Shown: positions 1 to 12,500 of the stretch, in pieces | Position numbering within the stretch: the stretch's first letter is position 1 | How the letters are laid out: each line of letters opens with the position of its first letter | Origin: Callorhinchus milii | Lineage: Eukaryota | Reading direction: 5' to 3' | NCBI RefSeq assembly: GCF_018977255.1 | Contig: NW_024704742.1 | Coordinates: 17,672,001 to 17,732,000, forward strand | Length of the DNA: 60,000 nt | Position numbers and translations under genes: made by a program | The notes under the pieces: model-generated | Seen by the model: only the letters and a program-made list of their open reading frames with translations | The model's database searches: none | Told to the model about the DNA's origin: nothing

Positions 1-2559
1 CTCGGTTGGTAGAACCCCATTAGTGACTATTTCTGCACACGGTCCCCTTAAATAAGACCAAATTGGCAGAAGCAAGTTATCTTATTGGCTGCCACATTTG
101 CCTGCAAAGAAAATGCTGCAAAAGGCACATCGTCAAATGCAAGCATTATTTATTGTTATTATTATGATCTTTTCTCCAGTGTTCACCTAGTTAGACTGAT
201 GGGTTGAACCACCTCTCTCTCTCGCTCTCTATTAGCTGCAAGAGTCCCAGTATTACGTTTGGCCAGAGTATACAAAACTCCCTATGGCTTTGTATCCACA
301 GGACTTACCTTCACCATCATTAATTGATAAGTTGAGGTTTCACTCAGAGGCATTCAGTTAGTGGGTAAGCGTTAAGAGTATAGAGAATTATTATGTAGGG
401 TAATTCGAGACTGGAACAACAACATGCACTTATATAGCACCCTTCATATGGGGTAGCATCCCGGAGGCTTAGGTGCCACCATGAGGCCAGGACACTGAAC
501 TCATTTAAAAATCAGCTTGATGCTGTGATGTGAGGATGTTCATGAGTTCCCCATATTCATGAGAAATGGAATCAGATGGGCTGAAAGGCCATCTTGATCC
601 AAATTAATGTTATGATCTCATGAATTTTAAGATGATTATAGCCAGCCTGTACCTTACCTGACCTGGAAATGCACAATGTCAATACTTAATGCAGAATGTG
701 GAGGTTTTTCCACCCTGGGACTGGCATCACGTAGCAAGTGCACAAACCATTCAGTATTCGCCTCCTTTTAAAAAGGAGCAAAAATCAGACCAACTGAATG
801 CTTTTTATTACATTACAACCTCATGTTAACTTAACAGATATTTGGACTCTCGGTTAGATGAAGATGCGTGTGCATTATTAAAATGATATAATAAGTGAGG
901 AGAACGCTTGTTGCTACATTTTGTTTAATATTTCCACACCCACCAGTGGTTAAAGCTTTCAAAAGATCCAAAAAGGAAGGTTTTGGATGAAGAAGACACT
1001 GCGGCCTATTTGAACTCATGCATCCTGAATACCAACTCCCCTCCCTTATCTTGTTTTCCAATGAATCCAGGGTCCTGTTCTCAACCACCTTGCCCAGCAA
1101 CCCATCCCAGTGTTCATTCCTCCCTGAAGCGAGTAAGCAACAGGGAGCTTTTTTGTGGACTGTATCTAGGAAGTACAGTATAGCTGTCAAATCCATTTTA
1201 CAATATATATTCCGTGAAGCGCTTTGAGACACCTCAATGACGTGAATAGGCGCTATATCAAATACAATGATTTTTTTATAAGATGTGGTCCATGTGATAT
1301 TTATCACACAATTAGCCAGAGAAGGAAGGATGACAGCATCCTCAGTGGTAGAGTCTGAGGGCTCAGGGCAGCTGGGGTTGTTCTGTAAGAGTGTTTTGTG
1401 GAGAAATGATCGGCTAGCGGAATACCAGCTCATGGCCTTCGACCGCTGGTTAGTGGGAAAACAGTTTTATGAGTGTTGTATTCGCTATGGCTAGAGGTAA
1501 GAGGAATAACGTGGCCATTGAACCTGAAAAATATACCACTGCATAACATCACAAATAACCTCTCGGTCATTTCAGCAGCTCCCTCCCAACAGTCTTACAG
1601 TACAGCACCAGCTGCCCCTGCTTTTAGTCTCAGACATGTAATGGGATAAACCCCAAGAGATGATGTATTAATAACAGCATAGTATGTGCACTAAGTGTGT
1701 GAGTTCCTGACATGAGCCACATCTGGGAGAGACAGTAATTACCAAAAAGGCATACGGCTTTTGTCTTCTCTGCAGCTGCACTCAGGTTCCTCTTGCTAGA
1801 ATTTGATTGCTCAGAATGTTATAAAATATAAGCTCTGCCGCTGTTTTTAATACGATTTTACAGTGGTTAATTCTGAAAGTTGGCTCTGAGGTGTGAAACC
1901 TCCCAAACACAACATGGCTTTGCTGTATTTCATAGGCTTCTCATTGTTTGGTATCAGTAGCTGCTGTGCAACGAGAGGTATTGTGGGTGGAAATGGCCAG
2001 CAAAACACACGGTAATCATACCCTTTTCCACAATCTAACTCAAAGGTGTATGTTTATCCAGCACTTAACCCACCAGGGTTGCTTTTAGCACTTGACTTCA
2101 TCTTGCCTCAAAATGGGCAATGTTTTTTTTAAAAAAAGAGGAATGCACTTAAAAATGCATTCTCTGAGCAGTCCAGCGTAAAGTCACATTTAAATAATTT
2201 AAATGAAAGGCATTATGTATGCGAACGCAGCAGCCAATTTGCGCACAGCAGTGTCCCACAAACAGCCATGAAGTGAATTTTATCTGGGCGATTATCGGGC
2301 AGGAAACTGAGAGAAACTCCTTTTTCTTTTCGAGTAATGCCATGGGGTCTTTAATATGCACTTAAACAGGCAGGTAGACCCTCACTTTAATGTTTCGTGC
2401 AAAGGATGACAACAATGCAGCTCACCTTCAGTGTCAGCCTAGACTGTGTGAATCAAAGTCATTTTTATTTTATTTCACCACAGTTAATAGTTACCAATGA
2501 ATTACATATTGCCAGGACAGGCACTTAGTGTACTCTGGAGAGTACAAGCTGATCCTCAG

Positions 2560-2975
2560 ATCCACAGAAGTCAGACCTGGAGTACTGCGTACAGTTTTGG
2601 TCGATGTGACATAAGGAAGCGGCCCAGAATCCTTGAGGCAGTGCAACGAGGATGATCCCCAGTGTTAGAGGAATGAACTCTGAGCAACAAATAAGACAAG
2701 CTGAGGGTCACAAGTCTTTAAAGAGATGTCTCTGAATGGATCTTATAGAGGTACACCATATTTTAAATGGGATTGAGAAAGTAAACTCAAAACAATACTT
2801 TCTGATGCACAGGATAGCAGAACAAGAGGACACAGGTTAAGGGTTGCAAAGGAAAATTTCAAGGCATATATCAGGACATTTTTTTTTACTCAGAGGGTTA
2901 TTAATGACTGAAACAGCTTGCCAGTAAGGGTAGCTGGATTCATTTCAAAAACAGCTTGATGCTGTGATGGGAAGA
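2560..2975 (+). mobile_element. CR1-type LINE 3' fragment, degenerate (related piece at ~6510-6860 +)
   Basis: gtcagacctggagtactgcgtacagttttgg matches the LEYCVQFW motif; later agaacaagaggacac and tttactcagagggttattaat are typical of the CR1 ORF2 end. Confidence 0.75.
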
Positions 2976-3167
2976 TGGTGTATATTCTGGAAGGTAGCGA
3001 TCGTGTGACCGAGATTCAGTCAGTGCCAATTTATCAGCGTTTCTGTGCTATGGCCCACACTGACGAGAAACTTGACTGAGGCCGCCCAAACTGATTTAAC
3101 ACAAAAAAATTTAAAACCAGCTAAGAAAGGAACCTTTTACCTTCATTACACTTTGTGCTGTGGTGGG

Positions 3168-3280
3168 GTTATTATTATTATATCCTTCATTATAATTATT
3201 ATCATTATAATAATTCAATTATTCATAATTAATTAATATTATCAATATTTATTAATAATAATTAATATTATTAATATTCA
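3168..3280. repeat. AT-rich low-complexity (ATT/AAT) tract; a similar (TA)-rich tract lies at ~52375-52435
   Basis: Seen directly in the sequence. Confidence 0.85.
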
Positions 3281-3794
3281 TGATTGCATTCAGTCAAGCA
3301 CCCTTCACACAGGGAGGATTTCTCAAAGTGCTTCACAGGATTAAACAGGTTTGCACAAAAGTATCAAGAGTTTTAAGTAGACACAACAATTCTACCCCAC
3401 CAGCAACATCCCAGTTTACTGGAAAGAGAATTAGCATCTGCAACACTTTTGCCTAGAAATATCGTCACTGCCTTAACATTGCGAAGCACCTTGAGATGTT
3501 TTGATGTTAAAAATCTTATATTTAAGAATGATTATTTTTACTTAGTTTTTGTGTTTCGTGATCATTCTTCTCCAAAGATCATTCTCTAATATGAATGTAA
3601 GAATGTGCAGGAGCGAAGACCGACCACTGTACATAAAAACACACCAACTTCTCTACGGTCAAAAAATAGATATTTGCATAATAAACTGTTTCGAATAGGG
3701 TACGGATATCCTGTTGAAATAAAAACAGGTTTTGAACAGGATTTGTAAATTGTGAATCATACCAGCAACCACACACATCTGTGAGAATTCCGCA

Positions 3795-3872
3795 TCAACA
3801 TGATCAGCGCCTTGGGACATCCCCCTGACGTGAAAGGTGCTATACAAATGTAATTTTGTTGCTGTTGTTTCT
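3795..3872 (+). repeat. Solitary L2-type 3' stem-loop tail (others at ~9590-9655, ~13540-13590 -, ~23510-23575 -, ~31680-31750, ~47510-47580, ~52800-52860)
   Basis: agcgccttgggacatccccctgacgtgaaaggtgctatacaaatg...ttgttg, with no upstream body. Confidence 0.75.
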
Positions 3873-4260
3873 AAATGGGTCAGAGTAAAGTTTAGTGTGG
3901 CGCAATTCCAGATTCTGAATATTGCATTTTCACTCCTGTATCTCTTGTACCTCTCAATTGATTTATTTTGGGCAAAAAATGACTGTCTAATTCCTTCTTG
4001 AATTTGCCAACGAAACTTGCCTCCACCACCTCCCTGGCTAGTTCATTGTAAAGATCCATCACTCTTTGTGGAAAGGAATTCACCTTACCTCTTCGAGCTT
4101 GAGTCAGTACCCCTTTGCTGCATAGCTCTCGTTATTCTTGAGCTCACTGTTTTCATTACACATGCCAAATATTTCTTGTCATCACTCACTGAATGAACCT
4201 TTCATCTTTTTCTTTCTATCAGACCCAACGGCAGCATTCTTTGATGAATTTATTGCCAAT

Positions 4261-4588
4261 TAATAATAATAATAATAATCCTTGCATTTGATATAGCGCT
4301 TTTCACGTCAGGAGGACGTCCCAAAGCGCTTCACAGAACACACTGTAAAGTGAATTGACTGTATATTTGTGGGCGAACGCGGCAGCCAATTGCGCACAGC
4401 AATGTCCACAAACAGTCGTAGATTGAAAATGACCAATTTAATTATTGTTTTTTGGTTTTTTTTTGGAGGGATTATTATTAGGCGTGTGGAGTAAGGAAAC
4501 TTGCCCAAGGTTTCGCCCTGCCTGGAATTGAACTCAGGTCTCTCACTTGCAAAGCGAGTGCTCTAACCACTGAGCTACAGGACTCCAC
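4261..4588 (-). mobile_element. tRNA-head Deu-domain SINE, family A (resembles recalled elephant-shark SINE2-1_CM type)
   Basis: Minus strand reads gtggagtcctgtagctcagtggttagagcactcgc...gagttcaattcc (A and B boxes), then Deu-like gtttgtggacattgctgtgcgcaattggctgccgcg, an L2-like tail and (ATT)n. Confidence 0.88.
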
Positions 4589-4899
4589 CTCTTTACAATT
4601 CCTCTTTTTACGTGACAGAATCTGAACTTTGCTTTGCTACTCCACTCCTGGTTCTTTGAAGACAGATTTGTTCTTAATTCTGCCAGAAGCACTCTCCAAC
4701 TTAATGTTTCAGACACCGAGAGCTTATTGATACCTCCTTTCTTTTAAATCTACTGTCTATCGATCAGCACCTTCATCAGTCTCAGCTGTGTGGCCTGATT
4801 TTTCCTTTCTTTGTCTCTTTGCTATATATTTGCCATCTTCTGGATCCAAGTTTGCAAATCAGTTCTAGTAAAAGTAATCTTTACATTTGTCATCATGCT

Positions 4900-5478
4900 A
4901 ATGCCCTTCACGGAATATATTGCAGTCACTATATATTTTGAAGTTGAATGTGGCAGCCAATTTAGGCACAGCAACATCCCACAAACAGTCATGAGTAAAT
5001 TACCAATTTTATTGGGGGCGGGGTTGTTGGCCAGGACACCGGTAGCAACTATTGTCAGGAATAGAAGACTAGTAAATCTTTCCTCCTTCATCCACAACCT
5101 TTCCAAATACCCTCCCTCCACCCACAAACTCCACTGTTGCCTGTCTCTCATAAACCAACACTAATTCTACCCCACCCACCCTTGTTGCCCCCTGTTGTCC
5201 CAATCAGTGCCTAGGCCCTCTGCTGCGATGCTGCGCGAAGGGCACTAACAATACAAGTTCTTGTTGTTGTTGAATAGTGCCATGGGATCTTTAGCATCCA
5301 CCTGAAAAGGTTTATTGTCTTACCCGAAATATGCTACCTCTAGCAAAGAAACATTCCCCTAGCACTGTATTGAGTGTCAGCCTAGACTGTATGGGTTCAA
5401 ATGCCCAATGTGGGGCTTGAATCCACAATCTTCTGACTAAAAGGCAAGAGTGCTACCAACTGAACCAAGCTGATACCT
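4900..5478 (-). mobile_element. Deu-SINE family B copy interrupted by a ~225-bp + strand insert ending in an L2-type (TTG)n tail (~5045-5272)
   Basis: The Deu part at 4900-5045 continues at 5273-5478 (gaatagtgccatgggatcttt...gagtgctaccaactgaaccaagctgata). Confidence 0.72.
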
Positions 5479-8400
5479 GTCCATTATTCACTAACACGAT
5501 CTTCATCTTATTATCATTTAGTTTAATTGTGCTAAGAGATATGCGTAATTTGCGCACCAAAGTTTTTCTTAAAACTGCAATATCTGTTTCCCCACCAATT
5601 TTCTCATCACTTTCTCGGTATTGTATAATGTGAAGAGGTGAGGTGAAAAGAAGGAAACCTATGTAACTTTTTTATACATAAATCATGACCCTTTCTCGTA
5701 TTTCTGGAAGATTTTGAGAGGCCAAGTAGTGAAAGACTTGGTAGATTGGTGACTAAGGGACTTACATAAAATCAGATCATCATTGAAAGAGTTGAGGGAA
5801 TTAATTAGGACATGAGCAGATATATATTTACATAGGAGATTATTAGAAAAAGGAATGCTTTTCCACAAACAGTTAGTGAAGCTCAGGCTAGAAAATGACT
5901 TCAGTCTTGAGAGAAGACAACACAGAGGTGTATAACCTTTTAAATGGGCTTAAAAACTAAGCCCAGAACAATACTTTAAGATATACCATATGTCACAGAT
6001 GATATATGTGATATATCTCTAGTATTTCTACCAGTTGCACAAATCACTACCTTAGGAGACCAGGTCATTCAGTGAATCTGCTCAATATCTTCTCAATCTT
6101 CCCGACCAGTAGCTGCAGACACAGTCACAGCTCTCGTCCTCTTACTCCTCGGTTATTTCCATTCCTCTTTATTCTCTCTATCGCACTGAGCAGGATTTTG
6201 CTTGTGTGACCAATTAAGTTAATTGCTCAATTATTGCTCAATAATTACTGTACAATGTCAGATCCTCTTTCTTTGTGCTGATGAATCAGGATTTCATCCA
6301 ATCGCTTGTCCATTACTCTGCCTTTTAGCTATTTATACACAATAAATTAGACATGATTTAGTCTTGCTTCAATCAGTTCTGTCGTCATTTCTATCATTAC
6401 CAACAGCTCTTCACCTATCTTTACCGCTATGTCCATGTTTTTTTTCCAATGGTAACTTCTACTCAACTCTTGCAACATCAGCTGTTCCCCCCGTTTCCCT
6501 CACTGTCTCACACAGGGGCTATCCAGACCCTAGAGTCAGTGCAGAGGAGAACAACAAGGATGAATCTCAGTGTTAGAGGAATGATCGATAATTAGGCAAG
6601 TTAGGGCTATTCAATCTTGACAGAAGAGTAGATATTGTAGATGTTCAAACATTTTCAAATGGGATTGAAAAGGTAAAAGCACAATCGATGTGTAAACACG
6701 AAGACCTAAGTTTAGAGTTACAAAGGGCAATTTCAAGACAGATTCCAGAAAGTTTTTCTTTACCCAGACAGTAATTAACAATTGGAACAGGTTGCCAAGA
6801 AGGATGGTTGAAGCCAGGATTCTGGAGTTGTTTAATAAACAGCTTGATTATGTTTGATTCTTCATCCAAACCAGTCTTGTGATCTTGTGATTCTCTTCAA
6901 AAAATAGCTTGCTTTACTACTCTTGTGTTTAGACTGGACTTCCAATCTGAAAGTTTCACTATCTAAAACACCCTTTCTCCAACACCTCCCATCCTCATCC
7001 TGTTTTACATGTACCCACTGTTATTTGCCCCTCACTGTTTCATTAGTGGAAATCATTATCTATTTACCCATCAAAAGCATTTCAAAGTTTGAAAAACCTG
7101 TAATGGAACACAGGCCATGTTTTGAGCTCTCCACACTTGATGCTGGTTTTCCTCAATGGGTAAATACTTATCCTGCAAGGACAAGAGTCTGATAACTGTG
7201 ATAACTAGAACTGTTATTATTTCTGGAAACAATTTAAGTACAAACAAAATGGCAATTTCTTGAGGTAGAAACAGCCACAAAGAAACAAATGCATTTCTAT
7301 AGTCTTTATTGCACCAAGACATCTCAAAGCGATTTACATGCAATTGCTGGTAAATATAATGACTTTTCATAGGCAATTGTGGCAGCCATTTTGTGGTGAA
7401 ACTTCCTTCTCTTTTCAAATCCTGTCATGGGATCTATAATGTCCACTTGAATAGGCAGATGGGATCTTGGTTTAACATCCCATCCGAAAGATAGCATCAG
7501 CCAAGGCTACAAGTACAATCTCCAAAGTGGGGCTTTAACCCAGAACCACAGGCAAACCTGAGCTAAACCAACAGGCAGTGGAATTCAAATGTTGCCAAAT
7601 AAACAATCTTAGATAACACAACATAACCCGAAATACAACAACATCAAGGCTTCACTAACCATGTTCCCAAATTAGAGGCATTGATTGAAGACTGACAGCA
7701 GATTTATTGATTGGTCTTTGTTTCTGCAAAGAGAAGCTTTCTACATTAATGTCTGTCACATCTCCTGGCTGTATCTTTTCAAGCTGCTGTGTTCAGACTC
7801 ATTGGGTGGAATATTCCCGATTAACTATGAAAGGAGTGAGATTAATGTGACTGGGACTGATCATAGAGTTCAGGTTGATGCTGGGAATAATGCAGGGAGG
7901 CAGAGAGCAGTGTGTGAGGAGATTAGAGTGCCGAGGATTAGAAACAGAAGCTCAGGAATAGATGGGGAATGATATATAATGAGAGCCAGGGCACTGGCCA
8001 GGTGTCCTTTTGATAAAGAATCGATGGTCAGCACTTGCTGATAAGATAAGTTTATAGCACTAATACATCACCTAATGCATCTTAATCCCAAGATTTGTCT
8101 CTATGATGTTGTTTAGGATAAATGCAACAGTTCTGCTAGGCTTCAACTGAGCTATTAAGCTGAGCTGGAGCTTCGGGACCCCATTATACTCTACTATGGC
8201 TTTTTAATGATGGCTTTTTTCACAACGTGTTACTTTACAATCAACATGTCTTCTTGCCCTCCCGCACACATCAACTCCAGCTGTCAACTGATCAAAGTCC
8301 TACCTGACAAATATGCTGTTCTTTTTAAAAACAGAAAGGTGACTGCTGAAACTTTGTTTCCACGGCAACCTCCTCAACAGTTGTAGAACTTTCACCTCTG

Positions 8401-8704
8401 AGCCATAAGGTTGTGGGTTCAAGCCTCACATCAAATATAAATATAAAATAATAATAATAAATTGGTCACTTCAATCCACGACTGTTTGTGGGACACTGCT
8501 GTGCACAATTGGCTGCCGCGTTTCACCCACAATATATACAGTCAATTCACTACAGTATATTCTGTGAAGCGCTTTGAGACGTCTTGAAGACATGATAAGG
8601 CGCTATATCAAATGCAAGAATTATTATTATTATTATTATTATTAAACGCATTCCAGATCATTATGTTTCCAGCAACGGGAATAAAACAAACTGACTCTTG
8701 TTAA

Positions 8705-8939
8705 CAAAAACAGAAGTCGCTGGGAACACTCAGCAGGTCAGACAGCATCCATGGAGAAAGAAAAGTGAGTCAACGTTTCGGTCCACGACCCTTTGTTCTT
8801 ACGTTCTGACGAAGGGTCATGGACCCGAAACGTTGACTCACTTTCCTTTCTCCATAGATGCTGCCTGACCCGCTGTGTATTCCCAGCAACTTCTGTTTTT
8901 GCTTTCAGATTTCCAGCATCTGCAGTATTTTGTGTTTTG
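8705..8939. mobile_element. Penelope-type palindromic element: ~90-bp inverted arms (8705-8794 / 8811-8901) plus a unique tail; hammerhead-like core at 8803-8837
   Basis: The arms are reverse complements with few mismatches. Contains CTGACGA-a-GGGTC-atg-GACCC-GAAAC-GTT. Family assignment is from recall. Confidence 0.75.
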
Positions 8940-11048
8940 ACTCTTGGTACCCTGCCGGTTGAAGGAAACATATCGCAGGAATGTCCCAGGGGATGGTAGT
9001 CTGTCTGTAATAGGGTTAGATAGTGTTTTTGGTGAAAAATTAGAAGCTGATATCTATGCGAGCAGCAGTTATCTTGATGCAGTGACAAAAAGCTGCTGAT
9101 GGAAAGGATTGAACTTGAAGTGATATGTGCTTGTTGAAGGAAACTCAAAAGATTTTCCGATTTAGAAAATGACTCATTTACAAGCTACTGTGTTGCATCA
9201 CTTCTAATTTTGAGCCAACAATGACCTGCATCAGTGACTGCTCCTCTTATTGCTGCTGAAGCATCCTCAGCCTCTGTGTTATGGAAATAAAGATTAAGAG
9301 TGTTGCATCTTACATTTTGGCTTGATTGGGCCAACATCCTATTTGCTGGACTCCCCAGGCTTTCGCTACACAAAACTGCAGACTATCCAGAACTTCTGCC
9401 CCCACTTTCTGGTACTCAATCCCAGAGTCCCTCCCTCAATCCCCAATTGTGTAGGGACTAGCTATTAATAGGGCTTAATGTAACAGCAAAGTCAGATTTG
9501 TACAAATGTCCTGAGACCAGCAAACTGATGGCATGCAAGGATTATTGTTATGATTGAATCCGACCTACAAATCAGGTGCAAACCTTTCATTTTCCAGCGC
9601 CTTGGGATCACTTCCTGACGTGAAAGGCGTTATATAAATTGCAATTATATTGTTGTTTATTTGTTTGTTGTTTGGGGGCAGATATTGAGCAGAAGCAAGA
9701 AGCTTCCCCTGCTGAGATCAAGAGTAAATCAGTGCATGAGTCACCTCCAGGCTGCTCTCACCTTCCCACAGAAGCTTGTTACAGAGCAGCAGGACAGAGA
9801 CCTCGGAGCAGGTGACTTGAGCTCAACCCAGGACCTAAAAGTAGAAGAAAGAAAGATAGCAAAAATAAATAACCGAAAGGTTTGGCATCATCAAAGTAGT
9901 TTGTTTGCAACTACAAATCTTCTCATCCCAACCCCCCCACACACAAAGATACAACTTGAAAATATATTTATTTTGAGCCTTTCCTTGCATATGGCTTTTA
10001 GTTTGTAATTGGACTGCTTGTGGCAGGTTGTATATGAAGGAACAGCAGCTGCCTTCCAGCATGCTATTAACACCTCCAGTGTGGGATAGATAGGTGCTGG
10101 ATTCTAAGAGCTGCTTCTATGATTATAGCCCTGAATTTGCTTTTAATCTAGTTTAAAATAAAGGGGTGCAAGCATTTTATCTGATTGTAAAATGTGCATG
10201 CACGTTTGACCCTGTGCTCTGTAATAATAATAACTCTTGGATTTGATGTAGCAGCTTATCACGTTGTCGAAGCATCTTAGGCCGCTTCACAGGATTTTCT
10301 GTGGAGTGACGATGTAAGTTGTGGAGGATAACTATAAAATCACCCCTCTCCCCGCCCACCACCATCATTGGCACTGATGTTCCTTTAAAAACATGACCTA
10401 TTTTGACAGGTGTCACCATAAAGAATCAGCACTGCTCCTTGTATTCAGTGATTTGTGGTTTAATGTTTTGTGATCTGTGTCATTGAATGTGCGTGTCACT
10501 CCTAAAACTCCCCATGTGGTTATGTAGCACTGAATACCACTTGAAATTGGATTGGACTTCCCGTTAATAAAAACAGTGATTTCTGCAGCATAAATGTTCT
10601 CACTACTGAACTCTCATGCTGCTTTCTGATGCTGAACCTAAAAGTGACCCAGTATTAGGAGCTTTATTTTACCTATTCCCCATTCTCTCTGCATCACGAG
10701 TTAGTATTAACATTTAATAGGGACATGTCTCTTTTTGTGTCACCTGCCACTTATCAGCATGCTATCAGTATGCCAGCATTGAGTTTCTGCACCACACATC
10801 AACAAGTAAACCCATTAATTATTGATTTTGTGCTTCATTAGTTCCAGCCACACCAGTATGTTCCCTGGCGTAACATCAGCAGGGGAGTGGTAACCTTTTG
10901 GACTCTCCTGCCACCTGAAGGAAGCTCTGTAAACTGCGACAGACTGTGAACTCACAGGTCCCAGAGGTGATGATCAGCAACTATCTCAGTCACCCAGCCG
11001 ATGGAAGGCTTGCCTGAAATCCTCCTAGTCTTAGCCTCAAGACCATCA

Positions 11049-11174
11049 CCTTAAAATTTGAGACTGTGCAGAATTTTGGAAAATTCGTAAACTAGGACCT
11101 AATTTTGCACACTGTTTTCCTGAAAAACTAGCACTAATATTTTCCAAAATTCTGCACAATTTAAAATTTTAAGG
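11049..11174. repeat. MITE-like inverted repeat with ~36-bp arms
   Basis: ccttaaaatttgagactgtgcagaattttggaaaat pairs with attttccaaaattctgcacaatttaaaattttaagg. Confidence 0.75.
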
Positions 11175-11394
11175 CTTGAAGCTATGACAGTGAGGAGTGT
11201 TGGACTTACGATGCAGATCGTTGTGACTGCAGCCATTTCTGTCGCTTGATTATTAGTGTGGAGTTGCAGGGTGGGGGGAGGGGTTCATCTTCAGGGAGCT
11301 GTCGACATTTGCTCAGCCAACTGGTGTTTGGAGCACTTGCAATGAGATTCTTGCAATGTGTCCAAAGGAAATCTTCAGATAGAGAACGGCTCCT

Positions 11395-11686
11395 ATAAAG
11401 GTGTCTTGGGGTATCGCTCCTGATGTCTTTCGAAATGTGGTAGCAATTGCACACGGCAGTGTCCCACAAACAGTCGTGAATTGAGCGACCAATCTTTTTG
11501 GTGGGGGGTTAGAATTATTACCCCTGGAAAGCGATATACCAATCGACTAACAACCAACTTATTGCTAAGTAAACAGAGGTGTGTGGAGTAAGGAAACTTG
11601 CCTAAGGTTTCGCTCCACTTGAGATTTGAACCTGGGTCCTCTCGCTTACGAGGTGAGTGTGCTAACCACGACACTACATGACTCCA
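11395..11686 (-). mobile_element. SINE family A copy
   Basis: Same tRNA head, ggcaagtttccttactccacac body and Deu-like segment as the 4261 copy. Confidence 0.85.
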
Positions 11687-12149
11687 ACCCCTTTCCCAGG
11701 AGGTGTGTGGTATAGTGACTATCACATTTGTCACTCCAAGAGAAGGATTGGAGAGAAGCAGGGCTGGTCACGGGTAGGTTGATTAGCTAACTTTTATAAA
11801 CAGGAAAAATGTGGCCTTTGTAAAGATTTAACAATACTCTAAAATTGTACTCAAATCATTTTAAGCCTCCTGCATGTGTCTTGAGATTTTCTTTTCACTT
11901 ACTGTGGTGAGGTGTGTGAGGAATGTAAGCAAACTTGTGCCAGTACAAGAAACATCTGTCACTCTCACATCCTCTGGGAGAGTACAGCATAACGCTGTGG
12001 ACCTTTGGTTCTAACTGTTCTCAGTTAAGGGCCTGTCAATGAATTCTATATTGCTTTACTTTGCAACACAAATCCAAATCCATTGCAATAGCCAGTTCTT
12101 TTTAACTGTCATAGTCTATTAGAGTTTGCCTCTAATTGGTCATCCGAGT

Positions 12150-12500
12150 GTCTGACACATGTGGAGACCTGTCACCAAATGTGAGAGTATCCAAACCAAA
12201 CTGAGAGTTCTATGCGTCCCACCGAGACATGGACATTCCAGAGATGTTTATTGGAATGGAATGTGCACTCACTCCCTGAAGGGACGCATCCTGCTTCCTT
12301 AATTCTAGAAAGTATTAGGCTCAGGTTGGCACGAACCAAGGCTTGGAGACTCAGAGTGTGCATTAGGATACTGCTGGAATCTAAGCAGCTAAATCCTCAT
12401 AATTTACCATTGAAAGCAAGCTTTCCCCTTATCCAGCTGGGACCACTCTATTGGTTAGCACTTTGGCTTGCAGAATTAATGGGAGCTGAGTGAGAAGAGT
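12150..12500 (+). repeat. Unclassified ~350-bp interspersed repeat (copies at ~38835-39185 + and ~56140-56420 -)
   Basis: The three loci share blocks acatgga.att, ggaat(g/a)gaatgt.cactc.ctc, gacgca.cc, ttaatt.tag, ccaaggcttg and ccattgaaa. Confidence 0.75.

Noticed and set aside
831..1433. 200-aa minus-strand ORF
   Set aside because: It runs through a SINE tail (~1190-1270), has no recognisable domain and shows no exon structure. Likely a chance ORF.
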